A stretch of DNA of 64,000 bases from a virus (taxonomy: Duplodnaviria; Caudoviricetes), in IMG/VR virus record IMGVR_UViG_3300028048_001915, positions 1 through 64,000 of that record. One strand, 5' to 3'. How positions within the stretch are numbered: position 1 is the stretch's first letter; every line of letters starts with the position of its first letter. The position numbers and the translations under genes were made by a program. Shown here piece by piece: positions 63,221 through 64,000 of the stretch. Below the pieces are notes generated by a model. It was not told the DNA's origin. It ran no database searches and worked only from the letters and a program-made list of their open reading frames with translations.

Positions 63221-64000
63221 TTAATCAGTATCTTTTAACTCAATATGATTTTTAATAATATTCAAAATCCTTTTTTTATAAGAATAAATATCTGAAACAT
63301 TCTTAATATCTATTTTATCACCTATTTTCATTCCATTATGTCCTACTTCAACATTGTCAAATAGTTCTATTTTTAAATTATCCTGGTTATTGAAATGGAA
63401 TCTGACAATTGTATAAAATTGATGATCATCTAATAACACATTACAGTAACTTTTACGGTCACGAATTGTTATTCTTTCACTGTCTGTTACTTCTGCAGCT
63501 ATTGATTTAATGATATAATATCCCTCTAATTCTTCAGGTGTTGTGACTATATCATCGGTTACTGGTGCTTCTTTTTCAGTTTCTTGAACTTCTTCTTTTT
63601 CTTCAGATACATCTGTTCTTGCTACTGCATCAGCTAATCTTTTTTCTACTTTTTCATTGATAATTTCAGTAGATACACTTGTAAGTATTAATCCAAATCT
63701 TTCTTTAATTGATTGGGTTAACACTCCATCATATACTTGTTTTCCTATTGTTTTAATGAATTCTTCTGATGGGTCTTCTAATTCATTTATTAATGTTTTT
63801 TTGATTAAGTTACGATATTTTAAGTCATCTGCTCTTGTGACTATTTCATCAATATCGAAGTTGTTTTTAACGAATTTTTCTAATTCTTTTATATCATTTT
63901 TTGTAAGGTTTAATAAGTTAATGTCCAGGAATGGTTTTTCAGCCATTCTGTTATTATCATCACCTGTGGTGAAGAATTTATATTCAACACCATTAGTTAG
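63221..64000 (-). CDS. HsdR_N-type restriction-endonuclease-like protein, truncated at the right edge
   Basis: The frame is open to 64000 (LTNGVEYKFFTTGDDNNRMAEKPFL...), giving the LTNG.EY.F motif; C-terminal IVTTPEELEGYYIIKSI...RDRKSYCNVLLDD. Confidence 0.65.
   Translation of the reverse strand, partial: LTNGVEYKFFTTGDDNNRMAEKPFLDINLLNLTKNDIKELEKFVKNNFDIDEIVTRADDLKYRNLIKKTLINELEDPSEEFIKTIGKQVYDGVLTQSIKERFGLILTSVSTEIINEKVEKRLADAVARTDVSEEKEEVQETEKEAPVTDDIVTTPEELEGYYIIKSIAAEVTDSERITIRDRKSYCNVLLDDHQFYTIVRFHFNNQDNLKIELFDNVEVGHNGMKIGDKIDIKNVSDIYSYKKRILNIIKNHIELKDTD

Overview
AT-rich 64 kb segment of a tailed (head-tail, HK97-fold) archaeal virus or provirus, almost entirely encoded on the minus strand. 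A PeiW/PeiP-type pseudomurein endoisopeptidase, an MCM helicase and GGTGA/GGAGG Shine-Dalgarno motifs point to a Methanobacteriales host (Methanobrevibacter-like; inference). From right to left in transcription order: HsdR_N-like nuclease fragment, AbrB-like regulator, early genes including a DUF1874/AcrIII-1-like protein, replication module (SSB-like, ssDNA-annealing-like, MCM, DinG/XPD helicase, HNH), about 25 small accessory genes, holin-like genes, terminase, portal, MuF head protein, prohead protease, major capsid protein, neck, tail sheath and tube, tape measure, baseplate, several tail fibres, endolysin and two tyrosine recombinases. The standout feature is at 4.29-10.0 kb: one tail-fibre gene whose C-terminal 145-aa domain is followed by ten more homologous but divergent domains, in both orientations. 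Each begins at the conserved in-frame motif GTGAAAGA(T/A)A (VKD/E-x-NN-L). This is the architecture of a shufflon-like multiple-inversion system for switching the receptor-binding domain, with two tyrosine recombinases nearby. Other notable items: three tRNA-like acceptor+T-arm elements in late-region intergenic DNA, probable +1 frameshifts (capsid-Ig fusion, tail chaperone), a MuF-HExxH toxin with a candidate immunity gene, a repeated ATGACTGAAAA(T)AAACGATTT gene-start module, and a GC-rich double palindrome next to MCM. All protein assignments come from motif recognition by eye; no database searches were run.
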